Positions 13,101 through 26,559 of a DNA stretch of 64,000 nt are shown here, piece by piece. Source of the stretch: Raillietiella orientalis (taxonomy: Eukaryota); NCBI GenBank assembly GCA_036172245.1, contig JAYWIR010000009.1, forward strand, positions 2,418,001-2,482,000, read 5' to 3'. The position numbers were made by a program, and so were the translations under genes. How positions within the stretch are numbered: the first letter of the stretch is position 1; every line of letters begins with the position of its first letter. The notes under the pieces are model-generated. The model saw nothing but the letters and a program-made list of their open reading frames with translations. It had not been told where the DNA came from and did not search any database.

Positions 13101-16100
13101 TCTTCGCTGGTTTTTTCGAGATCAGCGGGTTTTCAGGGAATCCGAAAGTATCGGACGGAACGAGCGGAGATTCCAAGCAGTCGCATCACCTTAACACCTC
13201 GCTGATTGCACATCTCCGGGCATCACGCGTCAGATCAAAAGCCTTGCTGTCAAGGAATCTGGGAATCCCTGGAATGGGTTTGTAGCAAATTTACGAAATT
13301 TGTGAAATTTTGATTGGTTCGGTTTTGCTTAAGGATCCTTGCCGTGACTTGCAAAAGTGGTCTGCTCTCTCATTTAGCTCCAATTTCGTAGAAGGACATT
13401 CGAAATAGACAAGGAAATTTGCTCAAGATCAAACGAAGGAAAGTGAAAGCCCTGTTGGAAGAAGAAGCAGCGATAATTCAGCAAAAATAGAATCCGGAAG
13501 AGTTGGTTTGGAATCCCAGCGAGCAGCACGTGTTCATCTGAAGTGTAGTGGTCCAGCCGCATCGCACCAAGACCGCCATTTTTTTTCTGAAGTGGTCGAA
13601 TGAATCTCTCCTTCAAGTGGGATGTTCCTGCGGCTGCTTAGGAAAAGAATTTCCGACTGCGCTGGCTATGGGATGAGCGTTGACCGATACGGCGGCCGGC
13701 TTAAATGCAGATTGGAAATCACCGCTGAGAATGGGATCCAAACGTCCGCCGAGCTGAGAGCAGAATCCTCCAAGGTGAACTCTCTTTCCAAGGCACTTAA
13801 CCGGAATCATGGTACAGTGGAGAATGGAGGACAGATAAGCATGGGGCTTTGAATCACGAGTAATGTTTCTTCAGCTTGACTTCTTTCGTTTCCGGGCGAG
13901 TGCATCGGTTATCGATAAATAATTCTTCGCGCTCACTCAGAATGCCAGAAATGCCATGCGGGGTCTTCACGGGTCGCAGAAGAGACGTGTCGACTCCCGC
14001 CGCGAGAAGGAACAGGATGCAGAGATGTCCCTTTCAGGGGGATTGTGACCAGCTGTTTGCGCCTGATTTTCGAATGGAAGACTCGGCGCCAGCAGGCGAG
14101 GCGTCCGCCATTCTGGAGCAGCCAACGTTCTGGCGAATGCCAACGAGAATCGAGCAGGCTTACCATGCCTCAGGGTTCGCATTGCGTTACGAAGCTCAGC
14201 AACTATCACGGAGCCACTGAGAATTCTTGGGACCTCTGGCAACAGCACAACGCTCATTGGTGCATGCCATGGTGATTTTACAAGGTATTCGGTAATGCTC
14301 TGTGAGTCTCCTTACAAAGACCACCTATTCTTCATTGGCACTTCACTCACTTCAACCACGGTGGAAGCCTAGAAACCGGCAAAGATAAAAATTGTGCGGC
14401 TCCATCTAATGAAAATGAGATCGCCGATGCATGGATTGGCAATTGGCGCTTGGCGGAATTTCTTTCCCAAATCTCTCGCCACTGTGACTGCGTCATTTTC
14501 ATCCGTGCTATCTTCGCCAAGTGCCCCGACTTGCCCAGACCTGTGTGAAATCACGTCTTGTGAGATTCATCTGCGTTGGATCAAATTCTTCCGCTTAATT
14601 TTGCAGATGCTCTGCTGCCACAGATCTGTATGTATTGCAGGTCGAAGGCTCCGCCGAAGTCCTGGGAAATTCCTCGTTGCATTCACCCTTCTGGAACTTT
14701 CTTGCTAGCAGAAATTACTTATTTCTTTTTACCGTGGCCCCTTGATATTTGGATAAGGCTTTCCCTTAACTCCCTTTGTAACTGATCTGTGCTCATTCAC
14801 ATGTTTGAGATAATCTCTTTAACTCATTGGAAAAGTCACCCTCAGGGGAACGAAACGGAACGTTCTTTCTAAAACGCAACTATTCAGAGTACTTCATTTT
14901 CCTAGAGAAATGCAGACATCGAGAACTCCAGTATCGATCTAGAATTTCCGTCTTTGAAACAGCACGCTTCTTTGGATCGTGTTCCTCCGCCCATAGCAAC
15001 CAGGCCATCCAGCAATGTCTTGGCATCACGTTCTGTCCCCACGTGTGGAAAGAAACGAGTGAGCACGGCACACTTTTCGGTGGTACGCGTAAGATGACAG
15101 CTCCTCTAACGTTGAAAGACGAGGAGAAGCTGCGTCGGTGAAGATGCACAGGAACTGCTTGTTCGCTGGAGTGCAGGTATGGGAAGCTAAGTGCGATCCC
15201 GCTGAGTGTGCTTTCGCTCGTTAGCAAAGCGATTTCACAATCAACAGGTAGCTGAGAGCAACGAAGGATAAACTGGACAATCGAAGATGAAACGCTAGAA
15301 AGGACTCGAGTACCGAGAACAACTACACTTGAGAGAAACTTTTCAAAAGACTGCATGGCTTCTTGAAATCGATTCCATCACACATGTCCGTGACGGCAGA
15401 CCCCAGTACAACGCAGGCAATGGCATGAGGCGATGGAAGACACGGCGACATCCCTCGTATAACGCGGTAAATCATCCTCTTACAACGATGCTGGTAGCTT
15501 TCGGCTTTGTGCTGCAGCATCAGAACAGCTGTTCTTCCAAGACGCTCGACTTAAGGAGGATCTGACCTCATTTGCTTCGGATTTTCAAACAGAATGGTAC
15601 AGGAGGATGCATTCTCAACGGGGAAGACGATAGGGACTGAAACTGCAGAATTCTTTAAACCTATCAAATATCAGGAAAACTTTTTTAAAGGTTTTTTTTT
15701 TTTTCATTTGAAGTTAGATAAAATATTTTTTCTAATCTTTTTTAAAGCGGAATGAGAAAGATCCCACTGTCATAAGGATTTAGATACATTTTGTATCTTT
15801 AGAAGTACTATCTTATTATCCGCGTGCGATTCATAGGGCTCATATAACGAGGAAAACTATCCTCCGTTTTATGCAGAGGTTTTCGGTGCACTTTCAGCAA
15901 CCGCAACGAGGGTTTTGAAGATCCAGAAACATCCTAACCCAGAAGTAAAAAGGACAACCAATCTGTTTCTCTGAAAATAACCATCACACACACACAAATG
16001 TTTCTATCGGATGCATACTCGGGAGATTCTTCCAGGGGAAAAGTTACGGAAGGAACTTTCTCTTCAGCTTCAGCAACTTCGTTTCTTCCTTAGATATGAT

Positions 16101-18580
16101 GAGCACACATCCCTGTCTGATGAACACGGTGTTTGATTCCTGACGAAGGCGAAACAAATCCAGAAGATCGTTTTGGAAGAACAGAGAAAAGTAAGAGTGA
16201 CGTCCTAAATCTGGGATAGTGAGTTTTGTGTCTGCAGCCAATGAGACACCTTTCTGGTCTGCGGGGGCAGGTAAAAGAAAATGCTACTGAAGATGAAGCC
16301 TGGAAGAGCAAACGGGTCAAGTTATCATGAGCGTTTCAAGCCGCTGCTCATCTTGTGCTGGAGACTGGTCTTGAGGAAACTCTGAGCTTGCACGCCGAAC
16401 ACGGATTTTTCCTCCCGGTGTCAGAAGGTCGAGAAACGTGGTTGCAGCTTCCTCCAAGCTTCCGATGGTTTCGGAATTTTCGAACGATTTCCTGCATGGC
16501 ATAGCAACAGTCATCCCCAACTAGATCTGGCAGCTAAGGCAACTGAAAGATTCGACTGAGAGATAACAACTGCATAGGTAGACCTCAAAGGTGACCAAAA
16601 TATTTCTAAATGTCAGATAAATGTGGTGGAAACAGAACTGAGAGTAGAGTAGAGTGGAAATGCAGTTGCACTGCCAGATGAGCAGAGATACGTGATGAAA
16701 AGCAGCCAGAATGATCCAGCAGATGAATGAAAATCACAGATGCTCACAAGGTCTTGCGATCGAAGGAAGTGACTGAAGTGATGCCTTGTAGAATGTCATC
16801 CGAATGGTGCTCACTTCCATAGTGAGTGTTGCATTTTCTGTAAACGAAACGCCCTTTGCAGGAAACGAAGAATAGGGTTGCTTGCAGGAGCCGCGGTGAC
16901 TTCAATTGAAAGCGTCATTGCACCTTCCTAGGCAACTGTAGATTGAAGTACCGGATCTAAGATTTCACTAGGAGCGTTAAATTCGAAACGGGAGGAGGTG
17001 AACGTTACAGTTAATACGCACTTGGTCTGCAGAATGAGGAGATGGAATGGAGTGGTACGGAAGGCAGAACTGTGGGCAGGCGAAGCAAGAAAGATGTTTC
17101 GAGATTTGAGGGAAATTCCTCTCCAGCTTTACCGATCGGAGCAACCAGATAATGTAAGGGAGAGCTGACCTTGGCAGTGGCAGGAGCACTGCAAATAGGA
17201 AGGTTTTTCTCACACCCTCTTCTCTGTCCCACTTTCTTGGTTGGCTCGCTCTGGCACCAGAGTGGCTGCGCTCTCCTCCGCGCGTGATACTAAAAGGTGA
17301 GGGGTCGAATACCTGTAAAGGATCGACGCCAAGAAATTGGAGGTGCTCCGTGGGTTTCGAGTTCCGCCGCAAGATGACTCTGGTTGGCCCACGGACTTCG
17401 GGTGAAAAGGCGAACGGTGCTCCAGTACTTGGAGAATCACATCCTCTTCTGGAAGTTCACTCTGCCTTCCGCCAGAAGAGATCCCAATGTAAGCACCGAA
17501 AGAGCTGCTGGGAAAGGGTAAACGGGCTTTCATGAGAAACACGTGAGGAATACAAGGAAGAAGACGAAGAAAAAAAAGATTGTTGGGGAAACATTGCTGA
17601 GAAATCAATTTCAGCCCTTCGAGAGAACAAGCTCATCCCAGCTCCGGCAAATAGACTGCTCCAGAGATCTTTGAAGCAGCCACCATGCATGTTTCCAGTT
17701 TCAGAGTTCCCTTTCAAGTTCATCTTGAGCGCTGCAGCTGTAGGGTTCCCTAGCAGAAACCACTGTTAAGAGTGCGCTGCGGGCGTGCCGTTCTAGCGCC
17801 GAAAGATCTGTGGCAGGCTGCAGTTTTCAAAGGTCCGTTTCCGATGACAACGCCATCGAGCAGTAGAGAAGTCTGCTGGTCCTGAGGGCAGTCTGGGGCT
17901 TTCCGCTTCGGCAGCTTTGAAATTCTCAAGCACCTTGGGTCTTCCGCGTAGGAACTGAGTAGAGAGGGTTTCGAACCGTCCGTTGCTTGCAACAAATTTG
18001 TGAATACTTCGTTTGGATGCTGTAGAATATGGCATTCCAGTAACGTGGAGCATAATCTTCTGAAATCCGTAGGGTCTGAAAGCTGATCAGCTGCACCTCG
18101 GAATGCTATCGCAGAACAGCGCATTGGCTTTCAGTCTTTAAATGAAGCTTTTTTGTCAATGGGCGTTCTCAATGGGAGAGTCAACTTGTTGCTCGATTCG
18201 AAATAAAGAGGTTGATGTTTGAATTCTAGCCAAATTCCTATTCCATCCTCATTTTAATTTTGGATTTCGGGGGCTAGATACTTCCTGGTTTGCCCAGAGA
18301 GCACTTTTAGGCAGGCAAACGGTAGGGAAGTCTTCCAGCCTTCCAGCCTCAGGACGCGTATATCACAGTGAACTTTCTGTTTTTTCTGCAGTTTGAGCAG
18401 CAACGAAACGGAAATCGTCAACAAGGTGACATCTCATGATCAAATTCTACCAAGGTCACTATCATTACTTGGTTTCTTATGCACCAGCATTCCGCAATTT
18501 TCGCTCTGTCTTATTTCCCAGCTTCCCGGTGTTGTCTTTCTTATGGCAGATGTTTCTCGCTTCCTATCTTTATTCTTTAC

Positions 18581-19574
18581 GATGGAAATCCTTGGTTCGT
18601 CTACTTCTTCTGTCTACGCTGTTTTCATTCCAGCTTTTTTTTTTTAAAGAGTTTTTTTTTTTCGGCTCGCTAAGTACCTCAGTGTCGGTCGCATGCCTTG
18701 CGGCACACGTGGCCCTTTAAACACAGTTTTGTTTCCTCGCCTCTCCCCTGCGACAACCCCGCAGGGGGGCGTGTAATTCCTCAGTGTAATTCCTCAAGAT
18801 AGGGCGCACACCGGAATGGGGGTCGCCCTATGAATCCAGGAAGGGCTCGGAGTCCGTTCCTCTCACGCTTGGGGAGGGATCCCCCATGGATAGGGGGATC
18901 GCACCTCCCACCCTGGTTGCCTCCGAAGAGGAACCCCTCATTCTCTCCGGAGGGACCCCTAATGGGAGGGCTGTCCTCTCCATTTCATCTTCTCCGAAGG
19001 GAACCCGGAAAGGATCCGCTAGTAGGAATTTCTTCTCCGGAGGGAACCCGCAAGGGAACCGCTCCTGTTCACTCCTCTGAAGAGAACCCCGAAGGGACGC
19101 TTCCGAAACTAAGAAGGGGCGCTGCAGCTTCCCGCAGGGAATCGCTCTCGCTTGCTTCCTTGCAGTCTGTGAAGAGGCGACGACTCGGAGGGTCCCCCCC
19201 ACAGCAGGGAGGGGGGTCCGCTCTTTTGAACAACTGGAGAGGTGCCCGTGAGGGCTCCTGCTCCATCTTGAAACCGGAGGGGTCCCCCGGTAAGGGGAGG
19301 GTCCGTTCTCCGTTGTACGACCGGAGAGGGAACTCCCCACTCCTTGATTCCTGGGAGGACCCGAAGGTCGACTCCCATTGTTCCGGCCTTCATCGGGGGC
19401 CTCCGGCTTAAACCACCACCGCTGCCACACCTGAATGTCTCGGCCAACCAGCGCCATTGCAGGAGAAACTCGGAATCCAACGACGCAGTGGCGTCAGTTT
19501 CTGCCGGAGGATTCGAACCCGCGACGCACGGTGCCACGCGAGGAAGCCCTAACCACAAAGCCTCCGACAAGGGC
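18581..19574 (-). mobile_element. Long tRNA-headed SINE-like element, copy B (most complete)
   Basis: Minus-strand 5' head GCCCTTGTCGGAGGCTTTGTGGTTAGG...GGTTCGAATCCTCCGGCA with A-box-like and B-box motifs and an acceptor-like stem TGTCGGAG/CTCCGGCA. Body is homologous to three other copies; shared 3' end AAGGATTTCCATC. Confidence 0.75.
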
Positions 19575-22500
19575 AATAAACTTTCAAGCCGGCTGCCACC
19601 GCTTGTCCCGTTTTGCCGCACTACCTGCCTTTTCGTGCAGGGGTACATTGCTGACCGAACGCCAAGCATGTCCGGCGACAGTCTGGTGGTGCTGGCGGTA
19701 GGTTGCCTGTACCATTTGCGAGTGTTCGTCGATCCGGAAGAAGTTAGGGATCTTCTCATCTTTGGACTTGCGGATCTTCATCACTGCCTGTCCTGCGAAG
19801 GACAGGCATGTGATGTCTTCCATGCTTTGAACAGTCTGGAGCTTGGATCTCTGGAGTCTGCCTCCAATGCGTCTTTTTCTGATTTGGTTGTGATTCGGTT
19901 CCTGGAGTGGATTGCCAACGTCTCATGGTATGCAGATTGGGTGAAGTTTTCAACCAGAAAATTGGCATCGCCTCTTCTCAAGAACACAGTAATCCGTGGT
20001 CCCTCGTCTTACATCAGCAGTTTCACTTTTCTCGTGTAGCTTGAATAGAATACAATGTCTTCATGGATCATCCTCTGCAGCTGACGTGTTTCGCCGCTGT
20101 TGAATCTTGCAGTGAGTTCAGTTGAACGGAAAAATTCTGATGTCCGTTCACTTCAGCAACTCGAAATTCCTGTGCAACTCATCGACTCTATGAGTATTCC
20201 CATCGTAAGTTTGCAGGACACATGCCGCTCTTTGTGGTTGATACTCGACCACAACCGAATCCATCCACAGCAGACACGCGAAAAGCAATTTCGATTTCCG
20301 CCGCCCTGGCGCTGAAAGGACGCCACTGCGAGAGATGAAACCGCTTGGCGGCGCCGCGATCACACGTTCCGCATCCTGCGGGAAAGCGACTCCTTTTGAA
20401 GGCAGCCGCCGCTTTCTGCGCTTTGAAGTGCACGAAAGGACCAAAGGCGCAGAAACGAACCGTTGGCGCAAGCAAATGCACTGTGGTAATGGCGCTGCGA
20501 GGTTTCGTGGGGTTTTGGCCGCAAATCGAATTCGGGACGGGGTGAACCGTCACGCAGGATGCGTCCAGGCAAGCCGTCTTGGAGCAGCTCGAGGTTTCTT
20601 CGGGCACAGCGAAACCCGCCGCATGCAGCTCAAATGAGTCTGTCCTCGAATTGTCAATGCGACGAGCCGGAGAAAAAAAGGCACACCCGAAATTACCCTT
20701 TGCTGATACTGAATTCCAACTTTTCGGTTTTACCGGAGTGGGGTGTTGCAGGGAGGTCGGATGAGTGCTGAGGAGATTGGAAATGAGGTAGTTACGAAAC
20801 GGCGGAGGGAGAGATCTATTTTTATTTTATTTTTTTCCTTTTTCGACCAGTGAGGCGTCTCTTCACGCCATGATGAATTTAGAAGGCTCCCTCTATATCG
20901 TGCTAGAATTCGGACGATTTCCAACACTTGGAACCTATCTGGGAACTAGAAATTATCAAGGACCTGGGTCGGTGTGAAAAATAGTTGGGTTTTCGGACGT
21001 CAATGAAAGGAGCAGCTGAGAAGTTTGCTGTGAGAAACAGACGTAGTTCTGAATGTAAAGGAAGCAATTTGTATTCATTCCCTGTTCTTTTGATCGAGGA
21101 CGCAAAAAGATACAGGAAAAGTCGAAGCAGTTCCATGGAAGCGACCTTCCATCGTTCAGCCTCATGCTGACTATGAGTTTCGAGGTGTTTTTTGGAAGAC
21201 TAGAGGTCCAGTGACAACACCACAAAAGGTTCACATAGGGGAGCACGGAAGGCGACTGTAATTTTCCGGCCTTCGAGAGCACCGTCCCCAGCAATTACGT
21301 TCTTGGCTTTGACGAAATCATCCGAACCTCGGAACACAGCATCGGATGCACCATGTGCTGCAGGAAAGAGGAAGATGTTGAGTTCTTCTTGAGTTCAACG
21401 ACCAGATTTGGATCGCACGAAGGAGAGCGAATTGCGCTGCTGGAAATGCCCGCTCCTCTCGTGTCGCTGGAGGGCATAGTGCCGACTTGAGTGCGCTCTT
21501 CACGGTCCTTTGCATCTCATCTGTTTCTGAGGGATCCATCTCTTGTCAAGCTTGCCAAACTGATGCGGGTGCGGGATCGGAAAATTTCGCATCTTCGCCT
21601 CCGAACATCGCGGGCAGCGCTGCCGCCCCTTTGCAGCACGTGGGAAAAACCGCTCGTTGCGATTGAGAAAAGTGAACTCGCTGAAGAACCACTCCCTGCT
21701 TCTCTTGCAGTCGGTTCGAACCTCCCCCACTCTTTTTCCCTCCGCGGCAGAATGAGCTCCATTTGGTGGCGCACTCGTTCTTTGGCTTCTTCATCTCCGC
21801 GACGTTCGATCCTTCGTCCTTTCGTTGGAACCGCACTTCGCACTCCGAATCTCTTCCCGATACAATTCGAAAGGTAAATATTTTTTGCCTTTTCCTTTCC
21901 GAATCGTTAATTAGAAAGTTCCAGATGCTCTTCCTTCGACACAACTTTGCTTTCCACATTGCCCTCGTCCCCGTTTCTACCTACTGATTCCGTTTCGCCC
22001 TAGCATTCTCTGTAGATGTGGGAAAGAGGAAAGCTGCTAAAGAAGGCTTTGCACTACAATCTATTTTATGGAGATCCGATATAATTCATATTCCATAATA
22101 GAGTGAGGAGTACTCAAACGGAATAGCAAATCGAAAGTTTTGAAAACCTTGGTTTCCATTACAATGAATATGGGTAAAAAGGTATGTTGGTATTACACGA
22201 CTGACTGGTGCACCAGTAATTCCTGACTTTCTGTCTGTGCTAACTCTTACCTTTTATCACAGTTAGCGCGCGTGTGTGATCCCTTTCCCTTCCCATCGTG
22301 AAGAAAGGAATGCTGCGGCTTCCCAAGAAGCTGTGCATCGAAACTGCAAATCCGAAATGCGATCGCTCTGGGGCGGGAGTTGAATTTCTGACTCGCGGGG
22401 CATCCTGCAGACCTCAGTCCACCGGTGATCCGTAGCTTGGGAAGCGCCTTCCTCCGGGAAAGCAAATGCGGGACCGCTGACCATGACCGTTGCAGTTAGC

Positions 22501-23764
22501 GTGGCGAGTATGTGAAGGTGAATCTCACTAGGGGTGATCGGCGATCAACACCGACTTGGGTGACCCCATCGAGACGTTGCAGGTAAATCACCTTCTCGCT
22601 CAGAATCTCAGGCAGAGGATGCGGACTGCACGTTTCCGGTGCGGGGTGCCCTGCAGGTACAGAGAAAGTTCGCAAACGCGGATCTCAGGGATCATAGGAA
22701 CCTGACGGATGGTCACCCTCAAGAGAAACTACGCCTTCACGAGTGAAAGCAGGGCAAACTTCCGCAATAGCAAGAAGCCTGACAGGAAAGAATGGAAAAA
22801 ACGGCGGGCATGGTTTTATTATCGGTACCATTCGATGCATCTGCACGTGCCGTGGCTCACTTCCTGGAGAAGACATGACTTTGGACACGAGCTGGTGCTG
22901 GGGCTTAGCCACGCTCTTGCTTTGAGGCTGCATCGGAAGATTTTCAAAATTAGACATTGCTGCCAGCCCTTCCGATGCAAGGACTTATTGGCGTTCGGCT
23001 CACATACTTTCATCTAAAGCCCGGAGGTTGTTTCCAGCCCAAGCAAAAACGAAGAGCAGAACCTGATGCTAAGCTTCCCTGTGAAAGCCAGATCATTCCT
23101 TCCCCGGACATAGCACACATGGCGATTCTTTTTTTCTTTTGGGAGGGATGAATAATTGATTGGTAAACAAAAGCAAGACTAATGAAACCGCTTTTTTTTT
23201 TTTTTTTCATTATCATGGAAGCTGCGATTTCTCTACACGCTCGCAGTGAAACGGCTGGAATTGTGACCTGAGCTTCGGCTGCTGGAAAACCCTGCCTGCA
23301 ATAGCATGCCAACACCACGAATCCGTTGCTCGTCTGCTTCATATGTGAGAGAGATGTTCAGATGTGGGGTGATCGCAAGGTGTCTGTCTGCAGGAGTAAC
23401 GCATGCACTCCAGACATCTCAAATCCCACAAGTGATTCCCGTGGGCAGCGTGGATTTTCAGGCTATCCTGAAACATTTCGCTTGCCCTGTGATCCGCATT
23501 CGAAGAATCGCTTTAAGAAGGAAAAAGAATTCTTCATTTTGGAATCTGGAAAAGGATCTTATTCTCAGTCCTTCGCGCCCCCGATTTGAAGCGCCTTCAC
23601 CACCTCTCTTTGCCAAAACGAAATTCCTGGGGTTTCGTGGTTTCCTCAGTTGAGAAAGGAAATCCAAAGTCACCACCATCCAACAGGATCGAATGGTTCA
23701 AAGAAGAGGAAAAAAGCAAAAGTGGAAAGTCACTCTTCAGCATGGAGGGTTCGCAACATACATT

Positions 23765-23818
23765 TCCGGAACGAACTACCGACAAGTACCGAGGTACTTG
23801 TCGGTAGTTCGTTCCGGA
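23765..23818. repeat. Perfect 26-bp inverted repeat with 2-nt spacer
   Basis: tccggaacgaactaccgacaagtacc-ga-ggtacttgtcggtagttcgttccgga. Confidence 0.97.
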
Positions 23819-24131
23819 GTTCGTGAAGAGTGCCCAAACCGTCGAGTACCGAAGTACGCATCTCTAAATATGGTATTAAATACGCTTTGGAATAAAAGAA
23901 AAGAGGTGCATCGTGGCAAACTCACTGCGCTATGCGCATGGAGGCTTACAATTCTGTAAAGTTCTGAAATGCATTTCAAGGGGCGAGCTCAAGGAAGCAC
24001 AGATGAACGTCGTCTTGTTGCAGATCTTTATAGCAAGTGTTTTCCTTTTTTATTCTGCCTAAGAACAGCACGAAAGGTCGTGCTCTTCTTAGGCAGCACA
24101 ACCGCGGTCGTAAGGTAGCTACTGGCCTTTT

Positions 24132-24925
24132 GATGATGGAAATCCTTCTTTTCTGTCTTCGCAGTTCTTCGACACGGTTTCACGCCACCCGAGGATGGGC
24201 AGTTCTTCAAGATAGAGGGTACCCGGGAAGGGTCCCCCCTATGAATCCAGGAAGGACTCGGAGTCTGTTCCTCTCACGCCTGGGGAGCTATCCCCAGAAA
24301 TGAAGATCACCTCTAGCCTGGTTGTCTCCGAAGGAGAATCCAGAACGGAATCCTCCTTTCTTATTCTCTCCGGAGGATTCCCGGGGGGGGAGGGGTCTGC
24401 TATATTTTTTCTTCTCTGGAGGGAACCTGGAAAGGATCCGCTCCTAAAATTTATTCTCCGGAGGGATCCCCGGAAAGAGATCCGCTCTTGTTTTTACTCC
24501 TCTAAAGAGAACCTAGAAGGGAAGCTTTCGAAATTCAGAAGGATGCAGCTTCCCCGAAGGGGTCGGCTCGCTTCTCTGCACTCTCTGGAGAGGTGGTGGC
24601 GACACACCTAATTTATTAATCCGATGCGGAGGGTACCCCCGGAATAGGGGGTCTAATCCTTCACGACCGGAGGGGGAACTCCCCACCCCTTGATTCCTGG
24701 AAGGACCCCGAGGTCGACTTCCATTTGTCCCGGCCCTCATAAGGGGCATCCGGTTTGAACCGCTACCAGCGCCGCACCCGGATGAATGTAGGCCAACCAG
24801 CGTCATCTTGTGGAGTGAACTCGGAACCCACGACGCCCTGCGCCGACTCCTTTGGAGTATTCGAACCCACGACGCATGGTGCCACGCGCGGAGACCACCT
24901 TAACCATACGGCCTCCGACGAGGGC
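24132..24925 (-). mobile_element. Long tRNA-headed SINE-like element, copy C
   Basis: Head GCCCTCGTCGGAGGCCGTATGGTTAAGG...GGTTCGAATAC. Body colinear with copy B (ctatgaatccaggaagg, cctctcacgc, aggatccgct). 3' end GGATTTCCATCATCAAAA. Confidence 0.75.
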
Positions 24926-26559
24926 TGCGGTGTTGCTTAAGAACTTTTGTTGGGATAGCGAAACCAGGCATTTCTGGACAGTCAGTAGAGAAGAAGAGGA
25001 AAGGATATACGCTGCTCTGTCAGTGCATGGAAGTTTGGGTCTAATGGATGGTTTATCATCTGATTTCCGGATTATCAGAAACTGCCCAGGACATGAGCTC
25101 TGTTAACACAAACACCCCTCAAATGAGTGCAAGTGTTTTCCTCTGCACTTTCGAACTTGTTTCTTGCAGACATTTGCTCCCTCTCGCGCCGAAGTCTCAG
25201 TGGAATTATGGTTGCGGAATTCTCGTTTCTCACGTTGCAAGTTTTAACGTCATTCTGCTCGGTAATCTCCAGTAGCCAGGGCGACGCCATCCCCGGCTGT
25301 CAAAGATCCTGTGTTTTCCTTGTCAACTGATGAACGTTCTGCGAAATGCATTCCGGATTCCTCCTGAGAGGGAAATCCATCTCATGGGATGATGATTTTG
25401 TCTTTTGCTTACGGTCGCCACTTGCCGGCGAAATATTAGATTCAATATTTCACCAGCTAGTTGCAATTCTTTCTCAGGAGTGGAGGAGAGTGGAGGAGCA
25501 TCAAAAAGCCTCGATGAATTCGACAGAAACGTCATTTTCACCGCTCCAAACCGAGCATAATTTAGTTGAAAAAAGAAAAGAAGTGATGTGGTAGAGCAAC
25601 TTTTTCTTTCGTTTCCTACTACCCTCCGTCTGAGGTTTCAAGGAGGCCAGGACCGATGAATGAAGGAGGGAGTCATGCCGATGCGAGTCCCGAGCTTTTT
25701 GGCTACAACTCTGAAGCTGCTGCCGTGCAACGCTGGAATCACAAAGCGAAATTTGCTGGCGCCGATTTACTGGGACAGCACCACCACCACATGGCGTGCA
25801 TTCCGCCATTCTTCGGAAGACGGCCACCGCGTTTGCAAATTCTGTTCCTCGGTTTAACAGTTGGTGCCTCCAAAGAGTGCAGACAGACTCCTCCGTTGCG
25901 ACGAGCTCGCAAAAGGAAGAGAGCATCGCAAATGGGGAATTAATGGTGTTGGGTCCGGGAAGCGGTACGAACGTGCGACTTGATTCCCTCAGAGAAATCC
26001 CCTGAAATTGAAATCATTAACCAAAATCCTACCAAAAGTACATCAAAGTAATGACGGCCTCATGCATGGTACGAGGCATTTAATCCCTTTGAAATCAATT
26101 TCATCATCCAGCTTAGCTCTCACGGCATCAGAGGTTTATCAAAATGGCGGTGTCGAGTCGCAAGGTGCTTCACCCATTTTTCAAGGGAGCAGAATGCAGA
26201 GCACCGACATTCGGAAGGCGTCGTTTCAGGCACCAGGAGTAGGACATTTTTCAAGTGTCCAGATGTCCGATGCGGTGTTCATCTCCGCAGCCTCGTCTCG
26301 GAAGGCCAATATCTTAGCGATACCTCTCTCCTCACCCATTAACTCAAGCGCGCCTCTGCAAGATGGGGCGAGTGCAAATCGCGAGTCTCAGCTAACGGCC
26401 TGTGAGCTTTTCAGATCTGTACAGCTTTACCATTAGTGTCTTCCAGGAAATTTAACACAGATGTGTTTACGATAAGAGCACTTTGCTTGCTCCCATCTCT
26501 GATTAGGAGCAACACTCCGGGCAAAATGCTCTGTATGCATCCATCATCGACTGACTCTG

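Noticed and set aside
19376..19406. Possible minimal hammerhead inside the SINE-like element (minus CCGATGA-AGGCC-GGAAC; CTTATGA-GGGCC-GGGAC in copy C)
   Set aside because: Neither copy has the CUGANGA/GAAA core, and the segment is better explained as one more simple hairpin. Worth rechecking only on a family consensus.
18828..19457. 193-209 aa ORFs on both strands
   Set aside because: GC-rich repeat body; frames are not conserved between copies.
19500..19574. Intact tRNA gene
   Set aside because: No canonical cloverleaf or 7-nt anticodon loop; the motif is fused to a dispersed repeat body and varies between copies.
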